Positions 20,564 through 31,886 are shown, counted from the stretch's first letter. The stretch is 64,000 bases of DNA from Gammaproteobacteria bacterium (GCA_965229565.1 OZ245888.1:437160-501159); one strand, 5' to 3'. The notes: generated from the sequence alone by a model not told the origin. Numbers and translations: made by a program.

Positions 20564-21112
20564 TTAATACAGTATTTCTACCCGACGATTCTGTTGCCAG
20601 GAATACTCATCGTGCCCATCAATCGCCGGACGCTCTTCGCCATAGCTGACCAGTCGAATCTGATCGGCACTGGCACCAAGTAACAGCATTTGTTGCTTGA
20701 TCGATTGTGCACGGCGTTCACCCAGTGCCAGGTTATATTCACGTGAGCCTCGTTCATCAGCATGACCTTCAAGTGTGACGGTCGTGCCCGGGTTCTGGCT
20801 CAGGTACATGGCATGCGCCTCGACAACAGGGCGAAACTCTTCCTTTACCGAACTGCTGTCGTATTCAAAATAGATAATGCGCACAGACAACTGGCTGGTC
20901 GGGTCATCCAGTTGACTAAAGGTTGACCCGGATGTGGCATCGGTTCCGTAAGCCTGTGCACCGCTATCGTAACCATCTGAACCACTACCACCTGCACCGG
21001 CCGAGCTACTCAGGTCCTCGACTTCAACCTGCTGTTCATCTTTAACCTGGTCGGAACTACAACCAAACAACAATGCCGACAACCCGATAACACATAATAA
21101 GCGGACGTACAT
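20564..21112 (-). CDS. pal: Peptidoglycan-associated lipoprotein
   Basis: Lipobox LFGC; EGHADERGSREYNLALGERRA, SYGEERP, NRRVE. Start ATG 21112 follows AAGGAG. Confidence 0.96.
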   Translation of the reverse strand: MYVRLLCVIGLSALLFGCSSDQVKDEQQVEVEDLSSSAGAGGSGSDGYDSGAQAYGTDATSGSTFSQLDDPTSQLSVRIIYFEYDSSSVKEEFRPVVEAHAMYLSQNPGTTVTLEGHADERGSREYNLALGERRAQSIKQQMLLLGASADQIRLVSYGEERPAIDGHDEYSWQQNRRVEILY

Positions 21113-21227
21113 GGTTTTTCTCCTTAACATAAAAAGTCCGAACGCCTGGAAGGCGAAGCATAACACTCCGCGACCTTACTGTAGAGCATGCGAGCTGCTC
21201 CTGGCGTATGGAAACAGTAAACAACTA

Positions 21228-22532
21228 TCACTTTAAAAATGGTCCCCAGGCTGGTTCCCGAACCTCAACGGCCTCATCACCGAGACGTTGCTGAATAGTG
21301 CCATCGGTTGACACCGCCGCCAGCCGACCGCCATCGCTGCCCTGGGTGGCATAGATAATCATGCCGCCGTTAGGCGCAAAACTGGGCGATTCATCCAGCC
21401 GTGCCGTGGTCAGGATATCGATATAACCGGTGGCGATATTGAGTAAACCAATTCGATAACTGCCGGAATTGCCATGCACCAGGGCAATCTGACGACCGTC
21501 GGGGGAATAATCAGCACGTGCGTTATAACTACCCTGAAAGGTAAGACGCTGTGGTTCACCACCATTGATCCCTATCTCGTAGATCTGTGGCGCGCCGCCA
21601 CGATCAGAGGTAAAGGCGAGTTTTTTTCCATCCGGAGACCAGGTCGGCTCGGTATCGATCGCCGGGTTGCGAGTCATCCGACGCAGCTGCCTGGAGGCCA
21701 GGTTCATAATATAGATTTCAGTATTCCCATCTTTGGAAAGCGTCATGGCCAGGTTCTGCCCGTCTGGCGAGAAAGCAGGTGCACTGTTGATACCCGGGAA
21801 ACCTGCCAGCTTGTCGCGCCGACCGGAAACCACGTCCTGCACATAGATTGCCGAGTTCTTGCCCTCAAATGACACGTAGGCAATGCGCCGTCCGTCGGGG
21901 GACCATGCCGGGGACAACAGCGGCTCCGAAGATTCGAGCAGTATCTGTGCATTGGCACCATCGGCATCGGCTATCTGTAGTGAATACAATTTGCCGTTAG
22001 CCTGTTTCCTGACCGTGACATAAGCGACGCGTGTATCGAATGCACCGGGAATACCAGTCAGTTTTTCAAAGATAATGTCACTAATCTGGTGCGCAACACG
22101 ACGCAGCATGTTAGGCCTGGCAGGGATGCGAAAGCCGGCGATCTGTTGCTGCCGATACACGTCCACCAACCTGAAGCTGATATCGTAGTCACCGCCAGCG
22201 GTAAGGGCCATGTTTCCAATCAAAATGTTTTCCATGCCCAGTTTACGCCAGTCACCAAAATTGATTGAGTCATAACTGGTTGGCCTCTGCGGCAAGTCCT
22301 GCTCTGGCATGACATCAAAGCGGCCACTGCGTGACAGATCCTGGCTGATTATCGCCGACAAATCCAGCGGCGCCACACTGGAGGCCTGCGACCAGCCAAA
22401 TGGAACGATGGCAATCGGCAGGGCATTTTCAATCCCGTCTTCGATGACAATACGCAACGGTTCATCGGCACGGGTTGCAACAGATACCGTCATGCCGACT
22501 ATCACTAACAGGTTTATTAAAACTTTTTTCAT
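21228..22532 (-). CDS. tolB: Tol-Pal beta-propeller protein TolB
   Basis: PIAIVPF and repeated SPAWSPDG/PAFSPDG/PTWSPDG. Start moved to ATG 22532 (signal peptide). Confidence 0.96.
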   Translation of the reverse strand: MKKVLINLLVIVGMTVSVATRADEPLRIVIEDGIENALPIAIVPFGWSQASSVAPLDLSAIISQDLSRSGRFDVMPEQDLPQRPTSYDSINFGDWRKLGMENILIGNMALTAGGDYDISFRLVDVYRQQQIAGFRIPARPNMLRRVAHQISDIIFEKLTGIPGAFDTRVAYVTVRKQANGKLYSLQIADADGANAQILLESSEPLLSPAWSPDGRRIAYVSFEGKNSAIYVQDVVSGRRDKLAGFPGINSAPAFSPDGQNLAMTLSKDGNTEIYIMNLASRQLRRMTRNPAIDTEPTWSPDGKKLAFTSDRGGAPQIYEIGINGGEPQRLTFQGSYNARADYSPDGRQIALVHGNSGSYRIGLLNIATGYIDILTTARLDESPSFAPNGGMIIYATQGSDGGRLAAVSTDGTIQQRLGDEAVEVREPAWGPFLK

Positions 22533-22533
22533 A

Positions 22534-23478
22534 TTAACTCTTTGGTCTAAATGTAATCTGTATAGTTCGCATCTGGTTAAATACGCGTGGTTCATATGGT
22601 ACCGGTAATGGTGAAGCCGAATATACCGCGGTCTCTGCGCGTTTATCGAACAGTTCGTTACCACTCGATTTTGCAATTGATGCTTCGGCCACCTTGCCGC
22701 CCTCCAGCAACCGGATAAGTATTTCGCAGGAAAGACCATCAGGCAGCCCCAGCTTGTTAAACCTGCTTTCAATGGCGCGGGCAATAAGCGCCGAGTATTT
22801 TTGTATCTCGGTCAGGTCCTGTTTTTCCTGCAAGGCACGCTGCTCAGCTTCCAGCTCTGCCTGCAAGGCTTCTTCAGCCTCACGTTGTTTACGTTCCTCT
22901 TCCTCTTTACGCTTACGCTCTTCCTCGGCTTTGCGAGCTTCTTCTTTACGCTTACGTTCTTCCTCGGCCTTGCGCGCCTCTTCTTCTTTACGCTTTTTTT
23001 CTTCTTCCAGTTTTTTCTTTTCCGCCTCTGCGCGTTTTCTTTCTTGTTCAGCTTTCTGCTTTTTCTCGAGCTCAAGCTGCTTTTGTTTTTCCAGCTCCTG
23101 CTTCTCCTTTTCCAGTTGCTTACGTTTTTCTTCTGCCTCTTTCTGTTTCTTTATTTCCTGCTCTTTCTTCTGTTTTATCTCTGCCAGCTTGCGTTCTTCC
23201 GCTTCCCGCTGTTGCCTGGCTTCCTCAGCCTTGCGTTCCAGCTCCTGTTGCTTCTTAAGTTCAGCATCTTTTTTTGCCTGTTCCTGGTCAGCCAGGCGCT
23301 GCAGTTCCTTCTCTACCTGTTGCTTATCGACCGATACGGCCTTCACCAGGTTGACCTTTGGCGGTGGTTTCGGTGCCGGGGTAAACTCAAAACTGAACAC
23401 CAGCAACATGGCCACAACGGCATGCAGCGCGAGCGCCTGCAACAATGACCTGATGGTCGTAAACAATCCCAACTGCAT
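22534..23478 (-). CDS. tolA: Cell envelope integrity protein TolA
   Basis: TM helix with LHA motif, long E/K/A-rich repetitive helix, C-terminal SSGNELFD...PLPVP domain. Confidence 0.92.
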   Translation of the reverse strand: MQLGLFTTIRSLLQALALHAVVAMLLVFSFEFTPAPKPPPKVNLVKAVSVDKQQVEKELQRLADQEQAKKDAELKKQQELERKAEEARQQREAEERKLAEIKQKKEQEIKKQKEAEEKRKQLEKEKQELEKQKQLELEKKQKAEQERKRAEAEKKKLEEEKKRKEEEARKAEEERKRKEEARKAEEERKRKEEEERKQREAEEALQAELEAEQRALQEKQDLTEIQKYSALIARAIESRFNKLGLPDGLSCEILIRLLEGGKVAEASIAKSSGNELFDKRAETAVYSASPLPVPYEPRVFNQMRTIQITFRPKS

Positions 23479-23482
23479 GAGT

Positions 23483-23905
23483 TTATTGTTCAGGCGGCTC
23501 GGTAATCATACCGACCGAAGGCACACCCGCCTGCTGTAACAACGTCATCACTCGTACAACCTGGCCATAGGGCACATTATTGTCGCCACCAACCAGTACC
23601 GGTATTTCGGGTTGATATTTCAGCAGCGCACTGACACGATTCACCAGGACGTCAGCTGCAACAGGTTTATCCTGGTCATCACCATAATTGATAAAAAAGT
23701 TTCCCGCCTTGTCGACGTTCACGATTACCGGTTCCTTTTCACTTTGTTCTAACGGTGCTGAGGGCGCCTGGGGTAATTCCACCTTCACGCCCTGGGTTAA
23801 CAGGGGGGCAGTCACCATGAATATAATGAGTAAAACCAGCATCACGTCGATATAGGGCACGACGTTGATCTCGGACATCGGTCGCTTGCGTATCCTTTGC
23901 CTCAT
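23483..23905 (-). CDS. tolR: TolR
   Basis: SEINVVPYIDVMLVLLIIFMVTAP. Confidence 0.95.
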   Translation of the reverse strand: MRQRIRKRPMSEINVVPYIDVMLVLLIIFMVTAPLLTQGVKVELPQAPSAPLEQSEKEPVIVNVDKAGNFFINYGDDQDKPVAADVLVNRVSALLKYQPEIPVLVGGDNNVPYGQVVRVMTLLQQAGVPSVGMITEPPEQ

Positions 23906-23930
23906 TTATTCAAACCCGGTATTTGTTTTT

Positions 23931-24608
23931 TCAGGAATGTGCATGGCGGTGTAGTATTGATGCAAACTCTTCCATGAAATTGTCGTACCGATTGATCAAT
24001 CGCTCTACATCGTAGGAAAAACGGTTGTAGGCAATCACTGCTGGTATGGCGGCAAACAGGCCCATGGCCGTAGCAATCAGTGCCTCGCTGATGCCGGGGG
24101 CGACCATCGCGATGGTCGCCTGCTGCACATTACCCAGCGCCTGGAAACTGTTCATGATGCCCCACACGGTGCCAAACAGACCAATATAAGGACTGGTTGA
24201 ACCCACTGTGGCCAGGAATGAAAGGTTTGTCTCCAACTGATCCATCTCCTTGTTCATGGCGATGCGCATGCTGCGCTGGGCTGCATCCAGTACGACCTCG
24301 GCTTCAATATGTTCCTGCTTGCGCAGGCGTACGAATTCCTTAAAGCCTGCCTCAAAGATCTTTTCCATACCGGTGGGCTCGTAGCGACCCTTGGTGATAC
24401 GTGTATAGAGAGGGCTCAGGTCCTCTACCGACCAGAACTGGTTTTCAAACCTGGTGGCCTCCTTGATCGCGTACTGCAGAAACTTGCGCTTGTTAAAGAT
24501 CATGGTCCACGAGATGACAGAGGCAAGCACCAGTATCAGCATGACGAATTGCACCAGCAAACTGGCATTCAGGATTAAATCTAGAAAGGAATGATCAGTG
24601 GACATCAA
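23931..24608 (-). CDS. tolQ: TolQ
   Basis: FLATVGSTSPYIGLFGTVWGIM, APGISEALIATAMGLFAAIPA. Confidence 0.96.
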   Translation of the reverse strand: MMSTDHSFLDLILNASLLVQFVMLILVLASVISWTMIFNKRKFLQYAIKEATRFENQFWSVEDLSPLYTRITKGRYEPTGMEKIFEAGFKEFVRLRKQEHIEAEVVLDAAQRSMRIAMNKEMDQLETNLSFLATVGSTSPYIGLFGTVWGIMNSFQALGNVQQATIAMVAPGISEALIATAMGLFAAIPAVIAYNRFSYDVERLINRYDNFMEEFASILHRHAHS

Positions 24609-25005
24609 GTAACTCCGTCAACAAGGCATCAGGCATTGCAGAAGGTCGCAGTGTTTCAGCATTGAGACATGCCACTTTGACCTCGGCCTGACTAAGTAAT
24701 TCGTTATTCTCATTTTTTATTTGTTGTGCAAACGTAATGCTGGCACCGCGATGACTGAGAAACCTGGATGTAATCGTCAACAATTCATCCAGTCGTGCTG
24801 GCATAATGTAATCGATTGTTAATTTTTTTACTGCGAACAACACACCAAATTCTTCATGCAGTTTGTGGTGTTCAAAACCAATATTCCTTAGCCATTCGGT
24901 ACGTGCGCGCTCCATGTAACGCAGGTAATTGGCATAAAAGACCACGCCGGCAGCATCGGTATCTTCATAGTAGACACGCACATTCCATTCAAATTCAGCC
25001 GACAT
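24595..25005 (-). CDS. ybgC: Tol-Pal-associated acyl-CoA thioesterase
   Basis: RVYYEDTDAAGVVFYANYLRYMERARTE. Confidence 0.93.
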   Translation of the reverse strand: MSAEFEWNVRVYYEDTDAAGVVFYANYLRYMERARTEWLRNIGFEHHKLHEEFGVLFAVKKLTIDYIMPARLDELLTITSRFLSHRGASITFAQQIKNENNELLSQAEVKVACLNAETLRPSAMPDALLTELLDVH

Positions 25006-25022
25006 GTTTCAGGAAGCAGTTG

Positions 25023-26069
25023 TCAGTCTTCGCTATCGGAAAAAAGATCGGTACTCTGCGGAGTTTCGGCTGGCGCTTCCAGGCCGAAATGTTGCCATGC
25101 AGTCTTTGTTGCCACGCGTCCGCGCGAGGTGCGCATCATAAACCCTTGCTGAATCAAGTACGGTTCGAGCACATCCTCGATAGTATCGCGCTCCTCGCCT
25201 ATTGCAGCAGCCAGGCTATCGATACCAACCGGCCCACCATCAAACTTTTGCAGGATGGCGAGCAATAACTTTCTATCCATCATATCGAAACCGTGTGCAT
25301 CCACGTTCAGCATATCCAGCGCCCGGGATGCGATGTCACCGGTTACCTTGCCGTCACCCTTTACCTGCGCGAAATCACGCACGCGGCGTAACAGGCGGTT
25401 GGCAATACGTGGTGTACCGCGCGAACGGGCCGCGATCTCACCGGCCCCGGTATTGTCTATTTCCACCTCCAGTATGCCGGACGAACGTTTCACAATTTCC
25501 CCCAGTTCCTGCGGCGAGTAAAACTCCAGGCGCTGCACGATGCCAAAGCGGTCACGTAACGGCGAGGTCAACAAACCCGCGCGGGTGGTGGCACCCACCA
25601 GTGTGAATGGCGGCACATCAAGCTTGATTGCCCGTGCCGCGGGCCCTTCGCCAATCATAATATCTATCTGGTAGTCTTCCATGGCCGGGTACAGCACTTC
25701 CTCGACGACAGGACTAAGCCGGTGAATCTCGTCGATAAACAGCACGTCGTGTGGTTCCAGGTTGGTCAGTAACGCGGCCAGGTCGCCGGGACGTTCCAGT
25801 ACCGGCCCTGAGGTCTGACGCATGTTGACACTCATTTCATTAGCGATGATGTGGGCGAGGGTAGTCTTGCCGAGCCCGGGCGGGCCAAATATCAGTACAT
25901 GGTCCAGCGACTCGGCACGCTGTCGGGCAGCACCAATAAAGATCTCCATCTGCTCGTGGACAGACGTTTGTCCCAGGTAATCTTTCAGGAGTTTGGGACG
26001 CAGGGTATTGTCGGCAAGCGCGTCTTCGGCAGATCCCTGCGGTGAAATTACTGCGTTTGGTTCAACCAT
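25023..26069 (-). CDS. ruvB: Holliday junction helicase RuvB
   Basis: [36 protein letters not shown]. Confidence 0.98.
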   Translation of the reverse strand: MVEPNAVISPQGSAEDALADNTLRPKLLKDYLGQTSVHEQMEIFIGAARQRAESLDHVLIFGPPGLGKTTLAHIIANEMSVNMRQTSGPVLERPGDLAALLTNLEPHDVLFIDEIHRLSPVVEEVLYPAMEDYQIDIMIGEGPAARAIKLDVPPFTLVGATTRAGLLTSPLRDRFGIVQRLEFYSPQELGEIVKRSSGILEVEIDNTGAGEIAARSRGTPRIANRLLRRVRDFAQVKGDGKVTGDIASRALDMLNVDAHGFDMMDRKLLLAILQKFDGGPVGIDSLAAAIGEERDTIEDVLEPYLIQQGFMMRTSRGRVATKTAWQHFGLEAPAETPQSTDLFSDSED

Positions 26070-26191
26070 GTCGGGTGTCTATTTTCCCTTTTATTACGGG
26101 TTTGCGCCAGTCTATGATGCGCTTACTGTAACACAGTCATTGAGGCAAACTGCTGACAGCAATCTGGCAATCCGGTGACAATTTATCCTGA

Positions 26192-26794
26192 CTATTGCTT
26201 GACCGAGTTCTTCAGCGCCTCACGGATCAACTCCTCGCTGCTCATACCGTCAACAGCGACTGCCAATACAAAGCGACTCGCTTCCGGGGGTTTATATCCC
26301 AATCCGATCAAGGCACTGACGGCATCGTTAACAGGATCGTTTGCCGTTACGGCCGGGCGTTGCCCGGTGCCACTTTTCACAATGGCTGGCAGATCATCCA
26401 GCCTGTCACGCATTTCCACGATCAGTCTTTCAGCTGTTTTCTTGCCAACACCGGGTAGCTTGGTCAGCCTCGCAACGTCATCAGCCTGGACACAGGCGGC
26501 AAATTCATCGGCCTCGATACCTGACAAGATCGTCAATGCCATACGCGCGCCGACACCGTTAACCTTGATCAGTGTGCGAAACAAGTGGCGTTCGTTTTCA
26601 GTTGCAAAACCGAATAGTAAATGGGCATCGTCTCGCACGACGAGGTGGGTAAATAGTTCAATCTCGACCTCGGTCTCGGACAGGGCATAGAAGGTGGTCA
26701 TCGGGGCTTCCACCTCGTAACCCACGCCCTGTACATCGATCAACAGTAATGGCGGCTGCCGCTTTACGATTACACCTCGCAGGTATCCAATCAT
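26192..26794 (-). CDS. ruvA: Holliday junction DNA-binding protein RuvA
   Basis: MIGYLRG start (ATG 26794), GVGYEV, VRDDAHLLFGF, LPGVGKKTAERL, ALIGLGY. Confidence 0.96.
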   Translation of the reverse strand: MIGYLRGVIVKRQPPLLLIDVQGVGYEVEAPMTTFYALSETEVEIELFTHLVVRDDAHLLFGFATENERHLFRTLIKVNGVGARMALTILSGIEADEFAACVQADDVARLTKLPGVGKKTAERLIVEMRDRLDDLPAIVKSGTGQRPAVTANDPVNDAVSALIGLGYKPPEASRFVLAVAVDGMSSEELIREALKNSVKQ

Positions 26795-26806
26795 GTAACC
26801 GTCCCC

Positions 26807-26997
26807 AAGGGCGCTTCGGAAAATAGTAATTTTTTCGTGAGAGCGAGGAAGCCTGCGCGGACGAATGCATGGATGCAGGAGATAGAGCGACGCAGGAAGC
26901 CAAAGCCGAGAACCGAAGTGTATGAAAGAATACATGAGGATTCGAGCACAGAGCTGACGAAGCTATCGCGGAAAAAGTGCATTTTCAAAGCGGCCTT
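26807..26997. repeat. ~190-bp palindromic RPE-like element with GGA-rich insert, copy 2
   Basis: Ends AAGGGCGCTT/AAGCGGCCTT; stem TTTTTCGTGAGAGC/GCTATCGCGGAAAAA; core CGAAG-TGTAT-gaaaga-ATACA-TGAG. Abuts the ruvC stop. Confidence 0.7.
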
Positions 26998-27515
26998 CAT
27001 TGCAGCCTCCCGTAGCGCATACCACTCACACCTTGCATACGCAGCAGGCCTTCCCTGGAATGGGCATGGCAAAGGGCAATGGCGAGGGCATCGGCGGCGT
27101 CGGCAGGGGGCGAATCTGACAGGCAGAGCAATACCTTGATCATATGCTGTACCTGCTGCTTGGAGGCATGCCCCTTGCCCACGGTGGCCTGCTTTACCTG
27201 GTTGGCCGTATATTCATAAACGGGCAGGTCACGGATCGCACAGGCCGCGATGGCAACACCTCTTGCCTGGCCCAGTTTCAGTGCGGAATCGGCATTCTTA
27301 TCCATGAATACTTTTTCTATGGAGACTTCCTGTGGCTTAAATTCGTTAATGACGGCAGTTATGCCCTCGTGGATCATCTTGAGTTTTTCCGCCAGCGTCT
27401 CGCCCTTGATCTTGATGACGCCGTGATCGATTTGTCTTGAATGGTTGCCTTCGGTGTCAACGATGCCGAAACCGGTGTTAATCGAGCCTGGATCAATTCC
27501 CAAGATTCGGATCAT
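26997..27515 (-). CDS. ruvC: Crossover junction endodeoxyribonuclease
   Basis: ILGIDPGS, EKVF, LKLGQARG, DAADALAIALCH. Confidence 0.97.
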   Translation of the reverse strand: MIRILGIDPGSINTGFGIVDTEGNHSRQIDHGVIKIKGETLAEKLKMIHEGITAVINEFKPQEVSIEKVFMDKNADSALKLGQARGVAIAACAIRDLPVYEYTANQVKQATVGKGHASKQQVQHMIKVLLCLSDSPPADAADALAIALCHAHSREGLLRMQGVSGMRYGRLQ

Positions 27516-27518
27516 GGA

Positions 27519-28265
27519 TTAGTTCAACTGCTCGAGTATGTCATCGGCAATATCGGCGTTGGAATAAACCTTTTGTACATCGTCCAGGTCTTCCAGCATA
27601 TCCAGTAGTTTCAACATGGTCTGCGCACCATCAAGGTCCAGCGCACTGGAGGTCTGCGCACGCATGGTAATCTCGGCGCTCTCCGGTTTTTGTTTAGCAG
27701 CAAGCAGGGCTTCTTTCACGTCCATGAAGTTATCAGGCTCGGTGATCACATCGATCGATCCATCCTCATTGGTAATGATGTCTTCTACACCTGCTTCCAG
27801 TGCCGCTTCCATCAGTTTGTCCTCGCTGGTGCCACTTGGGTAAGACAACAGGCCCACCTTGTCAAACAGGTAAGCCACGGAACCATCAGTACCGAGGTTG
27901 CCACCAAACTTGCTAAAGGCGTGTCGTACCTCGGCCACGGTGCGGTTACGATTATCGGTCATACAGTCGACCATCACTGCAACACCGCCCGGTCCATAAC
28001 CTTCATAGCGAACCTCTTCCACGTTTTCGCCTTCGCCACCACCGGCGCCGCGCGTTACGGCACGTTCGATAGTGTCCTTGGTCATGTTGTTGGACAGGGC
28101 ATTATCAATAGCTGCCCGCAATCTCGGGTTGGAAGAAGGATCGCCGCCACCCATCCTCGCGGCCACGGTAATTTCACGGATTAACTTGGTAAATAACTTG
28201 CCCCGCCTGGCATCTTCCCGACCCTTGCGATGCTTGATGTTTGCCCACTTACTATGCCCGGCCAT
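27519..28265 (-). CDS. yebC: YebC/PmpR family protein
   Basis: [37 protein letters not shown]. Confidence 0.96.
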   Translation of the reverse strand: MAGHSKWANIKHRKGREDARRGKLFTKLIREITVAARMGGGDPSSNPRLRAAIDNALSNNMTKDTIERAVTRGAGGGEGENVEEVRYEGYGPGGVAVMVDCMTDNRNRTVAEVRHAFSKFGGNLGTDGSVAYLFDKVGLLSYPSGTSEDKLMEAALEAGVEDIITNEDGSIDVITEPDNFMDVKEALLAAKQKPESAEITMRAQTSSALDLDGAQTMLKLLDMLEDLDDVQKVYSNADIADDILEQLN

Positions 28266-28344
28266 GCTCTGACTTGTGTTCCTGTATCACGAATGAATTT
28301 GCGGCGTATTCTAGCATTCCACCCCACATTGCCCAACAATGTGG

Positions 28345-28983
28345 CTAATCGCTGTGCTGGAAGCATCCCTGTTCAATAAACTGCCGACTTTGTAACCACG
28401 CACTCTCCGCCAGCAACAGTCCGAAGTGACTGGCATGTACCACAATATGATCCTGCATACCCTCCAGCCGCGTTTCCTCGACTGCAATCGTCCCATCATT
28501 TGGCTCCGGAATTCCGGGGATGATCATGCCCATACCAAGGCGTAGATCACCGGCAATCACACCAAGAGGTATTGCCTCATTCCATTCCGGCAACGGACCC
28601 AGTAGTCCATGATGCAGGCTGTTACCCAGCAGCCATTGCCCGCCCGGCCAGTTCTTCAGGGTAGCCGCGGCGCGGCTGGTCTGGTTTGGCGTTCCGAGCA
28701 TAACGACGCTGCCAATATTGATTGCATTTTCCCTGTTGAGGTATTGCCTGGCCACAAGGCCACCCAGGCTATGGCACACAAGGTGTGGTGGATTTAGTTC
28801 GAAGTGTTGCAGATAGTCTGTAAGTCGAGCTGCATTTTCTGCCACGCTGCAGCGAGAAGGATAGTGAAAGCGATGGGTACGATAACCGGCATTGTCGAAA
28901 CGATGCATTAACAGGGACATGTCGTAACCGTTCATCCACAGACCATGGATAAAAACGATGTCCTTGTCCTTACAACCGATCAG
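28345..28983 (-). CDS. Alpha/beta hydrolase (small lipase/esterase-like)
   Basis: Nucleophile CHSLGG, MLGTP, NDGT and H catalytic candidates. The frame stays open upstream of ATG 28935 through IVFIHGLW to a CTG overlapping the nadA stop; start uncertain. Confidence 0.8.
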   Translation of the reverse strand: MIGCKDKDIVFIHGLWMNGYDMSLLMHRFDNAGYRTHRFHYPSRCSVAENAARLTDYLQHFELNPPHLVCHSLGGLVARQYLNRENAINIGSVVMLGTPNQTSRAAATLKNWPGGQWLLGNSLHHGLLGPLPEWNEAIPLGVIAGDLRLGMGMIIPGIPEPNDGTIAVEETRLEGMQDHIVVHASHFGLLLAESAWLQSRQFIEQGCFQHSD

Positions 28984-30053
28984 GCGTCTCCTGCCAACAG
29001 CAAGGAAGACTTGTCGCTGGTGAAATCGAGCAGGCGCTGAATCGACACTTTTGCCTTCTGAATGACATCCGGGTCGACATGGATCTCATTATTGCCAGTC
29101 TCCAGCACATGGGCAACCTTGCGCAGGCCGTTCATGGCCATCCACGGACAATGGGCACAGCTGATACAGGTGGCACTTCTACCGGCAGTCGGTGCCTCGA
29201 TCAGCACCTTGTCCGGCGCGGCCTGTTGCATCTTGTGAAAAATACCGCGGTCAGTGGCGACGATAAATTCCCTGGCATCCATGCTGGCCACTGCCTTGAT
29301 CAGGCCCGTGGTTGAGCCGACGTAGTCGGCCTGCTCGACCACGCCTGCCGGAGACTCGGGGTGCACCAGTACTTTCGCGTCGGGATGTTCAGCACGCAGG
29401 GCCGCCAGTTCCTGCGACTTGAATTCCTCGTGTACGATACAGGCGCCTTGCCAGATCAGCATGTCGGCGCCGGTTTCCTGCTTGACGTAATCACCGAGAT
29501 ACTTGTCCGGGGCCCAGACGATCTTTTTTCCCTGCTCATGCAGGTGGCGCACCACGTCAACGGCACTGCCGGAAGTCACCATCCAGTCGGCCCGGGCCTT
29601 GACCGCGGCGCTGGTATTGGCATAAACAACAACCTCGCGATCCGGGTGGGCATCGCAAAATTTAGCAAAGTCATCAATGGGGCAACCGATATCCAATGAA
29701 CAATTGGCCTCCAGGTCCGGCATCAACACCCGCTTTTCCGGGTTCAGTATCTTGGCTGTCTCGCCCATGAATTTAACCCCGCAAACGACCAGGGTATCGG
29801 CGTCAGACTCGTTACCGAAACGCGCCATATCCAGCGAATCGGAGACGTAACCACCGGTGGCATCGGCCAGCACCTGGCAATCCGGATCGGTGTAGTAATG
29901 CGCCACGATAACGGCGTTCTGCTGCTTTAACAGCTGCGTGATCCTGTCCGTCAGGCGCGCACGTTCAGCCTCGTTGATCTCTTCCGTCACCGTGGGCGGA
30001 ATCTGATCCCGGGGCAATTCGTAGGACCGTTCCAGTAATGCGTCTGCAGTCAT
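28980..30053 (-). CDS. nadA: Quinolinate synthase
   Basis: [41 protein letters not shown]. Probable start ATG 30053. Confidence 0.96.
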   Translation of the reverse strand: MTADALLERSYELPRDQIPPTVTEEINEAERARLTDRITQLLKQQNAVIVAHYYTDPDCQVLADATGGYVSDSLDMARFGNESDADTLVVCGVKFMGETAKILNPEKRVLMPDLEANCSLDIGCPIDDFAKFCDAHPDREVVVYANTSAAVKARADWMVTSGSAVDVVRHLHEQGKKIVWAPDKYLGDYVKQETGADMLIWQGACIVHEEFKSQELAALRAEHPDAKVLVHPESPAGVVEQADYVGSTTGLIKAVASMDAREFIVATDRGIFHKMQQAAPDKVLIEAPTAGRSATCISCAHCPWMAMNGLRKVAHVLETGNNEIHVDPDVIQKAKVSIQRLLDFTSDKSSLLLAGDA

Positions 30054-30107
30054 GAGATTAAGTAAATCGGAGATTACCCTGTTAGACAAGCCAGAGCGGC
30101 TGAATTC

Positions 30108-31886
30108 CTAGTCTGGCTTGTTGGATTTTGCCAGTTTGATGCCCAGCTCGCGCAGCTGCCTGGCGCCTGCCGCTGCGGGGGCAGCGGTAAGCAGGCAACT
30201 GGCAGATTGCGTCTTTGGAAAAGCGATGACATCACGGATCGTGGTCGCGTTAGCCATCAACATGACGATACGGTCAAGGCCAAAAGCGATACCACCGTGC
30301 GGAGGGCAACCGTAGGTCAGCGCATCGAGCAGGAAACCAAACTTCTGCCGGGCTTCTTCTTCATTGATACCCAGCAGTTCCAGTACGGCCGACTGCATCT
30401 CCGTATCATGGATACGAATCGAGCCTCCGCCCAGTTCAATACCGTTCATGACCAGGTCATAGGCACGCGACAGTGTCTTGCCGGGGTCCTGCTTGATTTT
30501 CTCAATATCGCTGGTGTTCGGGGCCGTGAACGGATGGTGCAGGGATTCCCAGCGCTTCTCGTCGTCGTTGTACTCGAACATCGGAAAATCGATCACCCAC
30601 AATGGCTGCCATTCGCCTTGTAGCAAGTCGAGGTCTTGTGCAACCCGGTTGCGCAAGGCGCCTAGCGCATCGTTGACTACGCTGGTCTTGTCAGCACCGA
30701 AGAAAACCAGGTCGCCGGCCTGGGCGCCGGTACGCTGCATGATCTCGGCAATCACTTCGTCAGGCAGGAATTTCAATATGGGCGACTGCAATCCTTCTCG
30801 CCCGCTGGTCGCGTCATTGACCTTGATATAGGCAAGGCCCTTGGCTCCAAACTGGCCAACATAGGCAGTGTAATCATCGATCTCCTTGCGCGATAGCCTG
30901 CTGCCACCAGGTACCGGCAATGCCGCGACACGACCATTTTCCATTTTCGCCGGGGCGGAGAAGACCTTGAATTCGACTTCCTGCATCAGGTCACTGACAT
31001 CAACCAGTTTCAAAGGGTTTCTCAGATCGGGTCTGTCACTGCCATATTCATACATGGCATCGGCATAAGTCATACGCGGGAACGGGGACGGCAGATCCAC
31101 GTCCAGGGTCTGCTTGAACAGCTTGCGGATCATCTCTTCCATCAGGCCGGTGATACCGGCCTCGTCCATGAAAGAAACCTCGATATCAAGCTGGGTAAAT
31201 TCCGGCTGGCGGTCTGCACGCAGGTCTTCATCGCGGAAGCAGCGGACTATCTGGTAATAACGGTCCAGCCCCGACATCATCAACAATTGCTTGAACAACT
31301 GTGGCGACTGCGGCAGGGCGAAGAAATTGCCGGGGTGAGTGCGACTGGGCACCAGGTAGTCGCGCGCGCCCTCGGGCGTGGCCTTGGTCAGCATCGGGGT
31401 TTCAATATCAAGAAAGCCGCGGCTGTCGAGAAAGTCCCGCATCTGCTTGACCACGTTCGAACGCATCCTCAGGTTTTGCTGCATTTGCGGTCGACGCAGG
31501 TCGACATAGCGATATTTTAATTTAACGTCATCATGAACATGGTCGTCGTCAAGCTGGAAAGGAGGCGTGTTGGCCTTGTTCAATATTTCAATGGTATAGC
31601 CAAGGACCTCGATTTCACCGGTGGCCATATCGGGATTGACGGTGCCCTCGGGGCGGCTGCGTACCTTGCCGCTGATGCGGATAACATATTCGTTACGAAC
31701 CGAGTCAGCGATCTGGAACGGCTCGGGCCGATCCGGATCGAAGACGATCTGGGCAATACCCTCACGGTCGCGCAGATCGATAAATATCACGCCGCCATGG
31801 TCACGACGACGATGCACCCAGCCACAAAGCGAAACTTCCTGGTCAATATGGGTACTGTTTAATTCTCCGCAATAGTGGCTGCGCAT
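30108..31886 (-). CDS. aspS: Aspartate--tRNA ligase
   Basis: [60 protein letters not shown]. Confidence 0.98.
   Translation of the reverse strand: MRSHYCGELNSTHIDQEVSLCGWVHRRRDHGGVIFIDLRDREGIAQIVFDPDRPEPFQIADSVRNEYVIRISGKVRSRPEGTVNPDMATGEIEVLGYTIEILNKANTPPFQLDDDHVHDDVKLKYRYVDLRRPQMQQNLRMRSNVVKQMRDFLDSRGFLDIETPMLTKATPEGARDYLVPSRTHPGNFFALPQSPQLFKQLLMMSGLDRYYQIVRCFRDEDLRADRQPEFTQLDIEVSFMDEAGITGLMEEMIRKLFKQTLDVDLPSPFPRMTYADAMYEYGSDRPDLRNPLKLVDVSDLMQEVEFKVFSAPAKMENGRVAALPVPGGSRLSRKEIDDYTAYVGQFGAKGLAYIKVNDATSGREGLQSPILKFLPDEVIAEIMQRTGAQAGDLVFFGADKTSVVNDALGALRNRVAQDLDLLQGEWQPLWVIDFPMFEYNDDEKRWESLHHPFTAPNTSDIEKIKQDPGKTLSRAYDLVMNGIELGGGSIRIHDTEMQSAVLELLGINEEEARQKFGFLLDALTYGCPPHGGIAFGLDRIVMLMANATTIRDVIAFPKTQSASCLLTAAPAAAGARQLRELGIKLAKSNKPD

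Noticed and set aside
22694-23539. Long antisense ORFs (281 aa and 215 aa) over tolA
   Set aside because: They are a by-product of the low-complexity E/K/A repeats of TolA; the S/F/L-rich translations are not protein-like.
26837-27139. 100-aa + strand ORF between ruvA and ruvC as a real gene
   Set aside because: It spans the palindromic element and runs antisense into ruvC; it is treated as part of the repeat.
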